Assembly (NCBI GenBank): GCA_003567205.1
Contig: PXAA01000066.1
Coordinates: forward strand, 1-41,739
Direction of reading: 5' to 3'
Length of the DNA stretch: 41,739 nucleotides
Origin: Bacteroidales bacterium
GTDB taxonomy: Bacteria; Bacteroidota; Bacteroidia; Bacteroidales; UBA7960
The position numbers and the translations under genes were made by a program. The notes beneath the pieces are model-generated. The model was not told where the DNA came from. It saw nothing but the letters and a program-made list of their open reading frames with translations, and searched no databases. Of the stretch, positions 1 to 12,355 are shown in pieces (within the stretch, counting starts at the first letter, position 1; the number at the start of each line of letters is the position of its first letter).

Positions 1-1230
1 TCCCGGTCTGAGGGTTGAGGTATTGATCCGGATCTCATATACACCACCTGCTTTGGTGCTGTAAACAGTTCGTCCAGTCATGTCGGTGATGTCAACAGAG
101 AGTATCCTTCCGCCTGAAGAGATGAACAGGTTGCTATCAGATGGGTTCGGGAAAATTCGGACATGATGTGAAACGGGTTCCCCTGCTTCATGGGCCGTGG
201 CAACAGCTGTCACCTCCGTACCCGCATCATATTCCCCGCCGCCCTCCACCGCGCCCCTTTCTTCAGGATCCGCCAACAGATTAAGTAAGTAAGTTTGGGT
301 TTCAACGATTCCCAGGGTGCCATCCGGATGAAGGTTCTGTGCATAAATCTCCCTGGGTCCGTTACGGTCATCACCCCAGGCAAAAGTCCACTGCGTATGG
401 TCATAAAAAGCAATATCCATGTGCATCTTTGAAGAGTGCACTGAACTGACATAGACCTCTTGCCCCGGCCAGACAAATTCACCCTGGTCATTAAAACGGA
501 TCGCCTTGATGGCAGATGAAACACCACCCGTGGCGTATTCATAAACCAGCAAAATATCATTGTCCGCCGGCAAGGTATATAAAGGCCTTACCGGAAGGCC
601 GCTCAAATTAAATACGGCATTGCCCTGCGAACCCCATATCAGATCTCCGTCAGGGGACACTTTTTGCCCAAAAATACCGTACAGGTTCTGGTTTCCGTCT
701 GTCTCCTGCCAAAAAACATAAACATTCGGGTCCTGTTCCGGGCTGGCAATCATGGGATTGAATTGTTGGTTGGCATGTGCGTCCGACAATAACACCCCGT
801 TGGCCTGGAATTGCACCTCCCCTCCGGCATTCACATGTTGAATCCATGCAGAAGCAACATTCCCGGAGATGCTGTAGTCATGCCATCCAATATAAAAACC
901 ATCATCCCCGTCGTTTACAAATGACAAAACCTGTGTCCAGTCAGTCAGCCTGGTCATCGTCGGGTGGTCGCTGACCAGGATGCCATTGTCTTCCCATAGG
1001 GGATTCCCGTCGTGGTCCAGATGCTGCAGCCTGACGTGGTATCCTTTTCCAGAAAGTGAAAAAAAAGCAATGAAAAAATTACCATTGGGCACCATGGCAA
1101 TTTTGGGTATCGTCTGTTCACCACCCAGGCCGGTGATCTGGAGGTTTTTGCCTGCATCGTTGCTCCACTGAGACAGTGCGCTGGATGAAAAAAAGAACAC
1201 ACATAAAAGCAACCACAAAATCTTTTTCAT
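1..1230 (-). CDS. T9SS type A sorting domain-containing secreted protein (3' end off window)
   Basis: Read manually. Open frame from ATG at 1230 to base 1 with no stop, so it is absent from the ORF track. Signal peptide MKKILWLLLCVFFFSSSALS-QW, repeated Q(H/K/N)hxxxGxxxW/F propeller-like motifs, and C-terminal IFPNPSDSNLFISSGGRILSVDITDMTGRTVY...INTSTLRPG, typical of a Por/T9SS CTD. Confidence 0.88.
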   Translation of the reverse strand, partial: MKKILWLLLCVFFFSSSALSQWSNDAGKNLQITGLGGEQTIPKIAMVPNGNFFIAFFSLSGKGYHVRLQHLDHDGNPLWEDNGILVSDHPTMTRLTDWTQVLSFVNDGDDGFYIGWHDYSISGNVASAWIQHVNAGGEVQFQANGVLLSDAHANQQFNPMIASPEQDPNVYVFWQETDGNQNLYGIFGQKVSPDGDLIWGSQGNAVFNLSGLPVRPLYTLPADNDILLVYEYATGGVSSAIKAIRFNDQGEFVWPGQEVYVSSVHSSKMHMDIAFYDHTQWTFAWGDDRNGPREIYAQNLHPDGTLGIVETQTYLLNLLADPEERGAVEGGGEYDAGTEVTAVATAHEAGEPVSHHVRIFPNPSDSNLFISSGGRILSVDITDMTGRTVYSTKAGGVYEIRINTSTLRPG

Positions 1231-1337
1231 GATGGTTTGTTTTAAACCATAAAGATACATGTGTTTTGTTTTGGTCACAAATAACCGTTTAAAAAAGCGT
1301 ATTTTATGAATAAATTTTTTTATCGGGGGGCTTTTGC

Positions 1338-1345
1338 TATATTTG
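1338..1345 (+). promoter_or_regulatory. Bacteroidota sigma70 -7 element (TATATTTG) upstream of rocD
   Basis: Exact TAnnTTTG match in an AT-rich intergenic region. Confidence 0.6.
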
Positions 1346-1518
1346 CGCTTTCTCTGGTAAAGCACTTATTTTTTTCATCTGTTTATAATTTTATTAAATA
1401 GGTCAGATGGAGCTCGCCATGCAATAATCATCGTCGTGTGTGTCAATGTATTTGGCATGGCTCGATTCATTATAAACATTCTTTTATAGTTCACATTTTA
1501 AATTCAAGGAGTATCGTT

Positions 1519-2748
1519 ATGATTACCAAAGAAAAGATCACATCGCAGCAGGCGATAGCACTCGAGGACAAACACGGTGCACATAATTATCACCCATTGC
1601 CGGTGGTTTTGTCACGCGGCGAGGGCATATTTGTATGGGATGTTGAAGGAAGGCGTTATTACGATTTCCTGTCGGCTTATTCAGCCTTAAACCAGGGACA
1701 CTGCCATCCGAAAATTGTTGATGCCCTTATCGAACAAACGAAAAAGCTGGCACTTACATCCAGGGCCTTCCACAATGATGTATTGGGTATTTATGAAAAA
1801 TATATCACGGAATTGTTTGGCTACGATAAGGTGCTCCCCATGAATACCGGTGCGGAAGCCGTTGAAACAGCCATAAAACTTTGCCGCAAATGGGCATACC
1901 AGAAAAAGGGTGTACCCGAAAACCAGGCAAAGATTGTGGTTTGCGAGAACAATTTCCATGGCCGGACCACCACCATTGTCTCTTTCTCGAACGATCCGGA
2001 CGGATACAGTGACTATGGTCCGTTTACACCAGGGTTTATCCGTATCCCCTATAACGATATCGATGCACTGGCTGAGGCCCTGAAAGACCCCAATGTGGCC
2101 GGCTTTTTGTTTGAGCCCATTCAGGGTGAAGCGGGTGTATTTGTACCCGACGAAGGATACCTCAAAAAAACGTATGCACTTTGCAAACAGCACAACGTAT
2201 TGTATATGGCTGATGAAGTCCAGACCGGTATTGCCCGCACAGGAAAAATGCTGGCCTGCGACCACGAGGATGTAAAACCTGATGTGGTTATTCTTGGTAA
2301 AGCCATCAGTGGTGGTATTTACCCGGTATCTGCCGTACTGGCCAACGACGACGTGATGCTGGTCATTAAACCCGGCCAGCACGGGTCCACTTTTGGTGGG
2401 AATCCCGTTGCCGCAAGGGTTGCCATGGCTGCCCTGAATGTAATACAGGAGGAAAAACTGGCAGAAAGGGCCGAATACCTGGGAGAAATCCTGCGCAAAG
2501 AACTTCGCGCCATCCAATCCGACATGCTTACCCTGGTCAGGGGCAAGGGGCTGCTTAACGCCATAGTCATCAAACCAAAGAATGGAAAAGAGGCCATGGA
2601 TGTGTGCCTGAAGATGGCAGAGCTTGGCCTGCTGGCCAAACCAACCCATGGAGATAAAATCCGCTTTGCGCCCCCGCTGGTGATCACTGAAGAACAACTC
2701 ATTGAGTGTGTTGATATTATTCGACAGGCCATACAATCGTTTGAGTAA
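1519..2748 (+). CDS. rocD: Ornithine--oxo-acid aminotransferase
   Basis: [52 protein letters not shown](PLP Lys)[16 protein letters not shown] 1519 preferred over GTG 1438. Confidence 0.95.
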   Translation: MITKEKITSQQAIALEDKHGAHNYHPLPVVLSRGEGIFVWDVEGRRYYDFLSAYSALNQGHCHPKIVDALIEQTKKLALTSRAFHNDVLGIYEKYITELFGYDKVLPMNTGAEAVETAIKLCRKWAYQKKGVPENQAKIVVCENNFHGRTTTIVSFSNDPDGYSDYGPFTPGFIRIPYNDIDALAEALKDPNVAGFLFEPIQGEAGVFVPDEGYLKKTYALCKQHNVLYMADEVQTGIARTGKMLACDHEDVKPDVVILGKAISGGIYPVSAVLANDDVMLVIKPGQHGSTFGGNPVAARVAMAALNVIQEEKLAERAEYLGEILRKELRAIQSDMLTLVRGKGLLNAIVIKPKNGKEAMDVCLKMAELGLLAKPTHGDKIRFAPPLVITEEQLIECVDIIRQAIQSFE

Positions 2749-2777
2749 TTTTAATTACAAAAAAGCGCAAAAAAAAG

Positions 2778-2967
2778 GATGAGGGCATGATGGGAACAGC
2801 CCGGCAGCAGGCCAAAAAATTGCGATTGACAAACGCTGATGAAAGAGGGGGGGCAGTTCTTTGTCAGCGACATTTATTCATTGGAACCCGTACCGGAAGA
2901 ATTCAGGAACGATCCGGAAATGATAGCCGGATGCTGGGCTGGTGCCGTTACAAACTATTTTAAATAA
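2778..2967 (+). pseudogene. Relic of an ArsM-like class I SAM methyltransferase
   Basis: One frame reads DEGMMGTARQQAKKLRLTN. A shifted frame then reads LMKEGGQFFVSDIYSLEPVPEEFRNDPEMIAGCWAGAVT and stops at TAA 2965-2967. This resembles the LKPGGxFxxSD...CxAGA part of ArsM-type enzymes. No SAM motif I and no C-terminus. Confidence 0.6.
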
Positions 2968-2992
2968 TTTCGCCGGGTTATATACTTTTTTT

Positions 2993-3000
2993 TATCTTTG
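2993..3000 (+). promoter_or_regulatory. -7 element (TATCTTTG) of the riboswitch/btuB transcript
   Basis: TAnnTTTG immediately 5' of the riboswitch P1 strand. Confidence 0.75.
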
Positions 3001-3004
3001 TACC

Positions 3005-3180
3005 TATACAGGTTCCGGCGTCTATTCAGGATGGCTGGATGAAGAGGGAATCAGGTGAAAATCCTGAACAGTTCCCGCTGCTGTGAGTTCCTTTCGTCGT
3101 GTTTATCACTCCAAAGCCACTGCCCATACGGGTGGGAAGGCGATAAACATTGAACAAGTCAGAAGACCTACCTGTATACA
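3005..3180 (+). ncRNA. Cobalamin (AdoCbl) riboswitch
   Basis: P1 TATACAGGT...ACCTGTATA, AAGAGGGAAtcagGTGAAAATCCtgaacagTtCCCGCtgCTGT, GCCACTG...GGGAAGGC, B12 box AAGTCAGAAGACCT. Followed by a GCTTTCGGGATAAAAGC hairpin and located directly upstream of a TonB receptor. Confidence 0.95.
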
Positions 3181-3242
3181 ATATCAATTTGTAGCTTTCG
3201 GGATAAAAGCGAAACGATTCGCCGTTTGTTACAAGTTATTTT

Positions 3243-5243
3243 ATGGGTTTGTCTTTGCCGGGTTGTTTCCGGCGTAAATGGCATGTTATGTTGCGTCTGC
3301 AGCTGTTGCTTTTGGTTTTACTGCCACTGGGCTTGTATGCCGGTGCGGATCATCCGCCCGACAGCCTTATTCTCCTTGAGGAGACAGTGATTCGTGCAAC
3401 ACGATATAATGTGTTTACTGCAGGACATGGCATTCGCCAGATTGAAGACCGGTTTTTACAACAGCAATCTGATCAAAGCATTGATTTACTGCTCGCCCGC
3501 TATGCAGGCATCTCCATAAAAAACTATGGCCCCGGGATACTGGCCACCAGTTCTCTGCGCGGGGGTTCCGCCGCACAAACATCCCTGATATGGAATGGGT
3601 TCCAGATTCAGAGCCCAATGCACGGCCAAACGGACCTGGCACTGATCCCAGCATTTTTTATTGACCAGCTGGGCATCCAATATGGGGGAAGCAGTGCATT
3701 ATGGGGTAGCGGTAGCATGGGTGGGGCCATTCATTTGAACAACCATCGCGAAAAACTGGCAGGTCTGCATGCCAAAATCCGGTTTTCTTTTACTGATCTG
3801 GAGGAGGCAGCACAACAACTGACACTTTCATGGGGGAATCATTCGGTATTCTCCAGATTTCGTTTCTTCAACAGAAATTCAGCCAACAGGTACAATTACA
3901 AAAATACAGCAGTTTATGGCAGCCCCATCTATACCCAGGAACATGCTGCTTTGGACCAATGGGGTTTATTGCATGAGACCTATATACAGATAAAGCAAAG
4001 GCATCAGCTTGATATTCGCTGGTGGTGGCAGGAAACAAACCGCAATATACCGCCCCCAATGATGCAAAACCACAGGGAGGCTTATCAGGAAGACGGAGCA
4101 TTCCGGATTACAGGGCAATGGCAAACAAATTTTGACCATAGCGTATTGATTTGGCGTGGCGGTTTCTTTGAGGAGGCCCTGCTGTATAGCGACAACCTGA
4201 ATGGCGAAAGCAGGTCATGGTCAAACACCCTCACACAGGAGGCCGAGGTCTTGTTTAGTCCAGGCGGGTTGTTGCTGGCCAATGCCGGTGTCAACACCCG
4301 GATGGTAAATGCCTGGGCCGACGATTACAAAGGGGAAAAACACAACCAGAACAGTATTGCCTTTTTCTCTTCATTAAAATGGGACGTTATTGCCAACCAC
4401 TTACAGTTTCTGATCAGCGGACGACAAGAATTTGTACCCGGACAGCAAATCCCTTTTGTCCCTTCTGTCGGATTATTGTATCAGGCAATGCCAGGAATTC
4501 TGATTAAGGCAAATACCGGAAAAAATTACCGCCTGCCGACACTCAATGACAAATATTGGATGCCCGGGGGGAATCCCGATCTTCAACCCGAGCAGGGTTG
4601 GAACCAGGATCTGACCATCTTGTATAACAAAGAAAACATCGCAAAGATATCAGAAGGCAAAGATGCATCAGCCCGGCTCAATGAAATTTCAGTGACCGGA
4701 TACCACAGGACCACTGCCCAGTGGATCATCTGGTTGCCGCAAGAAGGCAGTATATATTGGTCGCCAAAAAACCTGCAGGAAGTCAGGAGTTATGGTTTTG
4801 AAGCTAATCTGAAAGGTTCATTTAATCTGAACAGGTTTCGTATGACACTGCATGCGCGATGGGATCACACCGTGGCGCAAAACATGGTTCCCACCAGTAT
4901 TTTTGACGCCTCTGCCGGCAAACAACTCATTTATGTACCGAAAAATACCCTCGGCTACAACCTGCATTTTATGTATGCAAATTTTCTGATGTTTTTCGAC
5001 CATCAATATATCGGCAGGCGATATACCAGCAGCGATAACAAGCAGTGGATCAATCCGTATCATATGTCCAACATCGGTCTTCAGTGGCAAGGCAACATGT
5101 GGGGATACGGGTTCAAAATCACGGCAGCCATCAACAACCTGTGGAATGAAGCCTACGAAGGAATGGCCGGCAGGCCGATGCCCCTGCGGCATTTGCGGGC
5201 GGGTTTCAGTCTGGATATTCCGGCAAATGCGGATCATAAATAA
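3243..5243 (+). CDS. btuB: TonB-dependent cobalamin receptor (BtuB-like)
   Basis: Signal peptide (start may be ATG 3288), plug motifs SLRGG and GGSSALWGSGSMGGAI, NYRLPTLNDKYW...GNPDLQPE, INNLWNEAY. Riboswitch upstream. Confidence 0.85.
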   Translation: MGLSLPGCFRRKWHVMLRLQLLLLVLLPLGLYAGADHPPDSLILLEETVIRATRYNVFTAGHGIRQIEDRFLQQQSDQSIDLLLARYAGISIKNYGPGILATSSLRGGSAAQTSLIWNGFQIQSPMHGQTDLALIPAFFIDQLGIQYGGSSALWGSGSMGGAIHLNNHREKLAGLHAKIRFSFTDLEEAAQQLTLSWGNHSVFSRFRFFNRNSANRYNYKNTAVYGSPIYTQEHAALDQWGLLHETYIQIKQRHQLDIRWWWQETNRNIPPPMMQNHREAYQEDGAFRITGQWQTNFDHSVLIWRGGFFEEALLYSDNLNGESRSWSNTLTQEAEVLFSPGGLLLANAGVNTRMVNAWADDYKGEKHNQNSIAFFSSLKWDVIANHLQFLISGRQEFVPGQQIPFVPSVGLLYQAMPGILIKANTGKNYRLPTLNDKYWMPGGNPDLQPEQGWNQDLTILYNKENIAKISEGKDASARLNEISVTGYHRTTAQWIIWLPQEGSIYWSPKNLQEVRSYGFEANLKGSFNLNRFRMTLHARWDHTVAQNMVPTSIFDASAGKQLIYVPKNTLGYNLHFMYANFLMFFDHQYIGRRYTSSDNKQWINPYHMSNIGLQWQGNMWGYGFKITAAINNLWNEAYEGMAGRPMPLRHLRAGFSLDIPANADHK

Positions 5244-5254
5244 TTACAATACAT

Positions 5255-6298
5255 ATGAAAAAAATCAAATGCTTATTCTACATTGTCATTGCAGCAGGAA
5301 TCACCCTGGTCTCCTGTGAAAAAACAGAAACTGAACCCCGGGATCCCGAACAGGAAACAATGAGCGGACAGGGTGTTATCGTAGCCAATGAAGGAAATTT
5401 TGGGTGGGGGAATGCCTCATTAAGCTATTATGATAAAGTGAATGACACCATATATCACGACCTGTTTTACCATGCCAACGGGGAGAGCCTGGGAGATGTT
5501 TTCCAGTCAGTGACTGTATTCAATGACCTGGCATACCTGGTCATCAACAATTCAGGGAAAATTGAAGTGGTCGACCCGGAAACATTTCAGCGCAAAGGGA
5601 GCATCGAAGGCCTGGTATCTCCACGTTACATGCTTCCCGTTTCCGAGGAAAAAGCATATGTAAGTGATTTATTTGGAAACCATGTGGTGATCGTAGATCT
5701 GGAAAGCCATGAAATTGCAGGGGAAATTCCCGTAAATGGCTGGACAGAGTCATTGATCAGGGCAGGAGAACGTGTGTTTGTCACAGGTATGCAATCAGGA
5801 TATATATATGAAATTGACCCGCAAACAGACAAACTAACAGACAGTTTGTATCTGCCTCCGGGTCCCGTATCCATGGTAAAGGACGTCAATGAACATATAT
5901 GGGTTCTGGCAGGCGGTGCACCCTTTTTTAAAAGCCATCCGGCCATATATCAGATTGAAAAAAACAGCCTAAAGATTGCAAACAAACATCTGTTGCCAAA
6001 CCCCGATATGATGTACAGCAACCTGGTCATATGCCCGGAGGGGAAAACGCTCTATTTTCTCGGAGGTGGTCTATACAGTATGTCGGCCACCGGGAGTGAT
6101 CCGCAGATTGAATTGCTGATCCCTTCAAATGGGAGTTTCTATTACGCTTTAGGTGTCGACCCCGAAAATGGTGAACTCTATGTTTCAGATCCCATTGATT
6201 TCGTTCAGGAAGGAAAGGTGCTGCGATACAATAAGGAGGGTGTATTTCTGGGGGCGATCGAAGCCGGGATCATTCCAGGACATTTTTCTTTTTATTGA
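5255..6298 (+). CDS. btuG: BtuG-like surface lipoprotein (YncE/DUF5074 beta-propeller, cobalamin capture)
   Basis: Lipobox LVS-C followed by an acidic export signal (EKTETEPRD). NEGNFGWGNASLSYY, LGDVFQS, SPRYM and GIIPGHF are typical of BtuG. Starts 11 nt after btuB. Confidence 0.8.
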   Translation: MKKIKCLFYIVIAAGITLVSCEKTETEPRDPEQETMSGQGVIVANEGNFGWGNASLSYYDKVNDTIYHDLFYHANGESLGDVFQSVTVFNDLAYLVINNSGKIEVVDPETFQRKGSIEGLVSPRYMLPVSEEKAYVSDLFGNHVVIVDLESHEIAGEIPVNGWTESLIRAGERVFVTGMQSGYIYEIDPQTDKLTDSLYLPPGPVSMVKDVNEHIWVLAGGAPFFKSHPAIYQIEKNSLKIANKHLLPNPDMMYSNLVICPEGKTLYFLGGGLYSMSATGSDPQIELLIPSNGSFYYALGVDPENGELYVSDPIDFVQEGKVLRYNKEGVFLGAIEAGIIPGHFSFY

Positions 6299-6316
6299 CG
6301 GGGAATGCTTTTTTCT

Positions 6317-6324
6317 TAATTTTG
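6317..6324 (+). promoter_or_regulatory. -7 element (TAATTTTG) 5 nt before the DUF6452 ATG
   Basis: TAnnTTTG in the short gap after btuG. Confidence 0.55.
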
Positions 6325-6329
6325 CCTTC

Positions 6330-6869
6330 ATGGCGTACCATAACAGGTCAGGTCTTGCTATTTGGAAATTTTTCCTGGCTCTTTCGGGAATGGTTTTCCT
6401 GTGTTGGGCATGCCAGGATGACGAGATCTGCGAGGACATTACGGCCAACGATCTGCGAATCGGCTTTTACCTGACTGATCAGGATGATACACAATGGACG
6501 GTGGTGGATTCACTCAGGGTTTTTTCGCTGGAGCAGCCCGATACTCCCGTATATGAACACCTGACCTCGGTGTCCATACTGGAGTTGCCGCTCAACCCCG
6601 CTGCAAATGGTTGTGCTTTTGTAATCGATTTTTATCATCTCACAGACACCCTTTGGATAACATACCATCGGGAAACGCAATTCATTTCGGTCGAATGTGG
6701 CTTTACCATGTTTTTTGAACTCACCGGTGTAAGCCATACAAAAAACCACATTGTTTCCATTGAGGAGACAATGACATATGTAACCAATACGCTTGATGAA
6801 CATCTTAAGGTATTTATTCCTGATACCGGTAATGGCGATGAGCCTGAGCCTGAGCTTGCAGGCAGCTAA
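6330..6869 (+). CDS. DUF6452-family lipoprotein
   Basis: ATG 6330 preferred. Lipobox CWA-C, CQDDEIC, LPLNP, DTLWITY, FISVECGF, HLKVF. Confidence 0.7.
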   Translation: MAYHNRSGLAIWKFFLALSGMVFLCWACQDDEICEDITANDLRIGFYLTDQDDTQWTVVDSLRVFSLEQPDTPVYEHLTSVSILELPLNPAANGCAFVIDFYHLTDTLWITYHRETQFISVECGFTMFFELTGVSHTKNHIVSIEETMTYVTNTLDEHLKVFIPDTGNGDEPEPELAGS

Positions 6870-7455
6870 TGATACGCTCTTTGCCTCTTCGGTAAGGATC
6901 GGCATGGATGTTTCAGGTTTTGCCAGGCAATTTGTGGAGCCCGAAACCATTTTCAGGGAAGTCTCCCTGGATGTGGAATGGAAACACAACTATTTTGCTG
7001 TCCTGGAAGCGGGCCTGCTTGATATTAACGTGGAAAAAGAAACACACCGGTACCAGGCCGACGGATATTACATCAGGATTGGCGCCGACTTTAATATTTT
7101 GGGGCGCAGTCCGGAGGCCCCCAATGACCTGGTGCTCTTAGCTGTAAGATACGGATTCAGTACTCTGGGCCACGAAGCGCCTTTTATTGTTATTCCTGAC
7201 GCCTATTGGGGCGATTATCAAACGTCTGTTGAGGCAGAAAATTACAGGGCGCATTGGATAGAAGCAGGCATCGGCCTTAAGACAGAACTCTGGCATAATA
7301 TTTTTATTGGCTGGAATTTACGTGGCCGGCTGCTTCTTCATAATACCCGGGAACCCGAAATGGAGCCATATTTTATTGGCGGCTTTGGCAAAGCAGGCGG
7401 AAACACCAGCCTGATGCTTCATTACCATATTTACTACCGAATCCCCTTCAGATAA
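6796..7455 (+). CDS. DUF6048-family outer-membrane beta-barrel protein
   Basis: Signal peptide, RIGMDVS, GYYIRIGADFN, AHWIE, YFIGGFG, C-terminal YRIPF. Usual partner of DUF6452. Confidence 0.7.
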   Translation: MNILRYLFLIPVMAMSLSLSLQAANDTLFASSVRIGMDVSGFARQFVEPETIFREVSLDVEWKHNYFAVLEAGLLDINVEKETHRYQADGYYIRIGADFNILGRSPEAPNDLVLLAVRYGFSTLGHEAPFIVIPDAYWGDYQTSVEAENYRAHWIEAGIGLKTELWHNIFIGWNLRGRLLLHNTREPEMEPYFIGGFGKAGGNTSLMLHYHIYYRIPFR

Positions 7456-7555
7456 AAACCAGTGTGTGATCTTCCGGAATATTCAGCATCTCAACAATTT
7501 TTTTTAAATTGCGTAATCCCGACATCCATCCATTACAAACCAAAAACCCAATCAG

Positions 7556-11128
<3,573 letters not shown>

Positions 11129-11195
11129 GGGATATGCTGTGTTTTTGTATGCTTGCGAAGATAAACAAAAAGTGAAATGAATGGGTGAAAAATGC

Positions 11196-11203
11196 TATAT
11201 TTG
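11196..11203 (+). promoter_or_regulatory. -7 element (TATATTTG) for the EEP gene, divergent from lolD
   Basis: TAnnTTTG 21 nt before the ATG. A TATCTTCG variant at 11156-11163 on the - strand faces lolD. Confidence 0.6.
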
Positions 11204-11224
11204 GTCAGATAATGGAACCATTCA

Positions 11225-12319
11225 ATGCGCAGGCTTATCAAAATATCTGAAATGATACTGCTTACCCTGGCCGTAATCATTATCATTATCCTGGTCTATG
11301 CGCAAATTACCTTCTACGAACCAGATGAACACACCACGATGTTTCAATGCGACCATCCTTCCATATTGAGCGATACCACTACCGTATCGCTGATGACATG
11401 GAACCTGGGATATGCCGGCATGGGCGATGATATGGATTTTTTCTATGACGGCGGACGGCAAGTACGCACCAGCAGGGAAAGAACACTGTGCAATTTACGA
11501 GCCATCCTGGAATTCATCCGGGAACATCAGGAAACCGATGTGTTTCTCTTTCAGGAAGCCGATCAGAAATCAAGACGGTCTTACTACATCAATATGCCCG
11601 ACAGCATCAAAAAACACCTGCCGGAGGCAAACCATACATTCGGACTGAACTATCATGTGCGATTTGTTCCCGTACCATGGTATGCACCCATGGGCAGGGT
11701 GTCTTCCGGCCTGGTCACCAGCAGCCGTCATATCCCCCGTTCGGTCAAAAGGTTGAGCTATCCGGGCCATTATCCATGGCCCGGAAAATTATTCAATCTG
11801 CAGCGATGCTTTCTTCTCAGCAGGTATCCACTCACAAGCGGGAAGGAACTGGTCATCATCAACACCCACAATTCGGCTTTTGACGATGGTGATTTGCGTG
11901 CCCGGCAAATGGAATACTTACGTGAATTAATCGTTTCAGAATACGAAAGAGGCAACTATGTAATTGCAGGGGGCGATTTCAATCAGTGTCCGCCAGGTTT
12001 TGAACCCGGATTCTATTTCAACATCTTCGATCAAGACAATGTGATGTACATAAAAGATGATTATCTCGAAGGCTGGCATTATGTATATGACCATACAACA
12101 CCTACCAACAGGCGCGCGCATGTACCCTATCATCCGGCCACCACACCCACAACACTGATCGACTTTTTTATCGTATCACCTAATGTAAAACCCCTCGAAG
12201 TACAGGGCATTCACCTTGATTTCGAACATTCAGACCATAACCCGGTTGTGGCAAGGTTTCGTTTGCTGGGTCCTTACAGCAGGCCGGCGGAACCATACTC
12301 AGCCAGTAAAGATATTTGA
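11225..12319 (+). CDS. Membrane-anchored endonuclease/exonuclease/phosphatase (EEP) family protein
   Basis: N-terminal TM helix, TWNLG, FQEAD, NTHNSAFD, GGDFN, IDFF, SDHNPV. Confidence 0.88.
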   Translation: MRRLIKISEMILLTLAVIIIIILVYAQITFYEPDEHTTMFQCDHPSILSDTTTVSLMTWNLGYAGMGDDMDFFYDGGRQVRTSRERTLCNLRAILEFIREHQETDVFLFQEADQKSRRSYYINMPDSIKKHLPEANHTFGLNYHVRFVPVPWYAPMGRVSSGLVTSSRHIPRSVKRLSYPGHYPWPGKLFNLQRCFLLSRYPLTSGKELVIINTHNSAFDDGDLRARQMEYLRELIVSEYERGNYVIAGGDFNQCPPGFEPGFYFNIFDQDNVMYIKDDYLEGWHYVYDHTTPTNRRAHVPYHPATTPTTLIDFFIVSPNVKPLEVQGIHLDFEHSDHNPVVARFRLLGPYSRPAEPYSASKDI

Positions 12320-12355
12320 GCGCACATAATATTATCCCGTGTAATCCATAGTTTT

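Noticed and set aside
210-1202. Five short ORFs from the track (210-560, 650-847, 777-974, 954-1202, 980-1171)
   Set aside because: They are alternative-frame or antisense shadows of the single open frame 1230->1 encoding the T9SS protein. They are not a fragmented gene.
1454-1470. TGGCATG upstream of rocD as a sigma54 promoter
   Set aside because: No TTGC at the -12 spacing, and a good sigma70 -7 element exists at 1338.
1687-2736. 349-aa antisense ORF within rocD
   Set aside because: Codon-register mirror of a conserved gene, with no recognisable motifs.
6153-6329. N-terminal extension of DUF6452 from GTG 6153
   Set aside because: Overlaps btuG. The lipoprotein signal and the promoter position favour ATG 6330.
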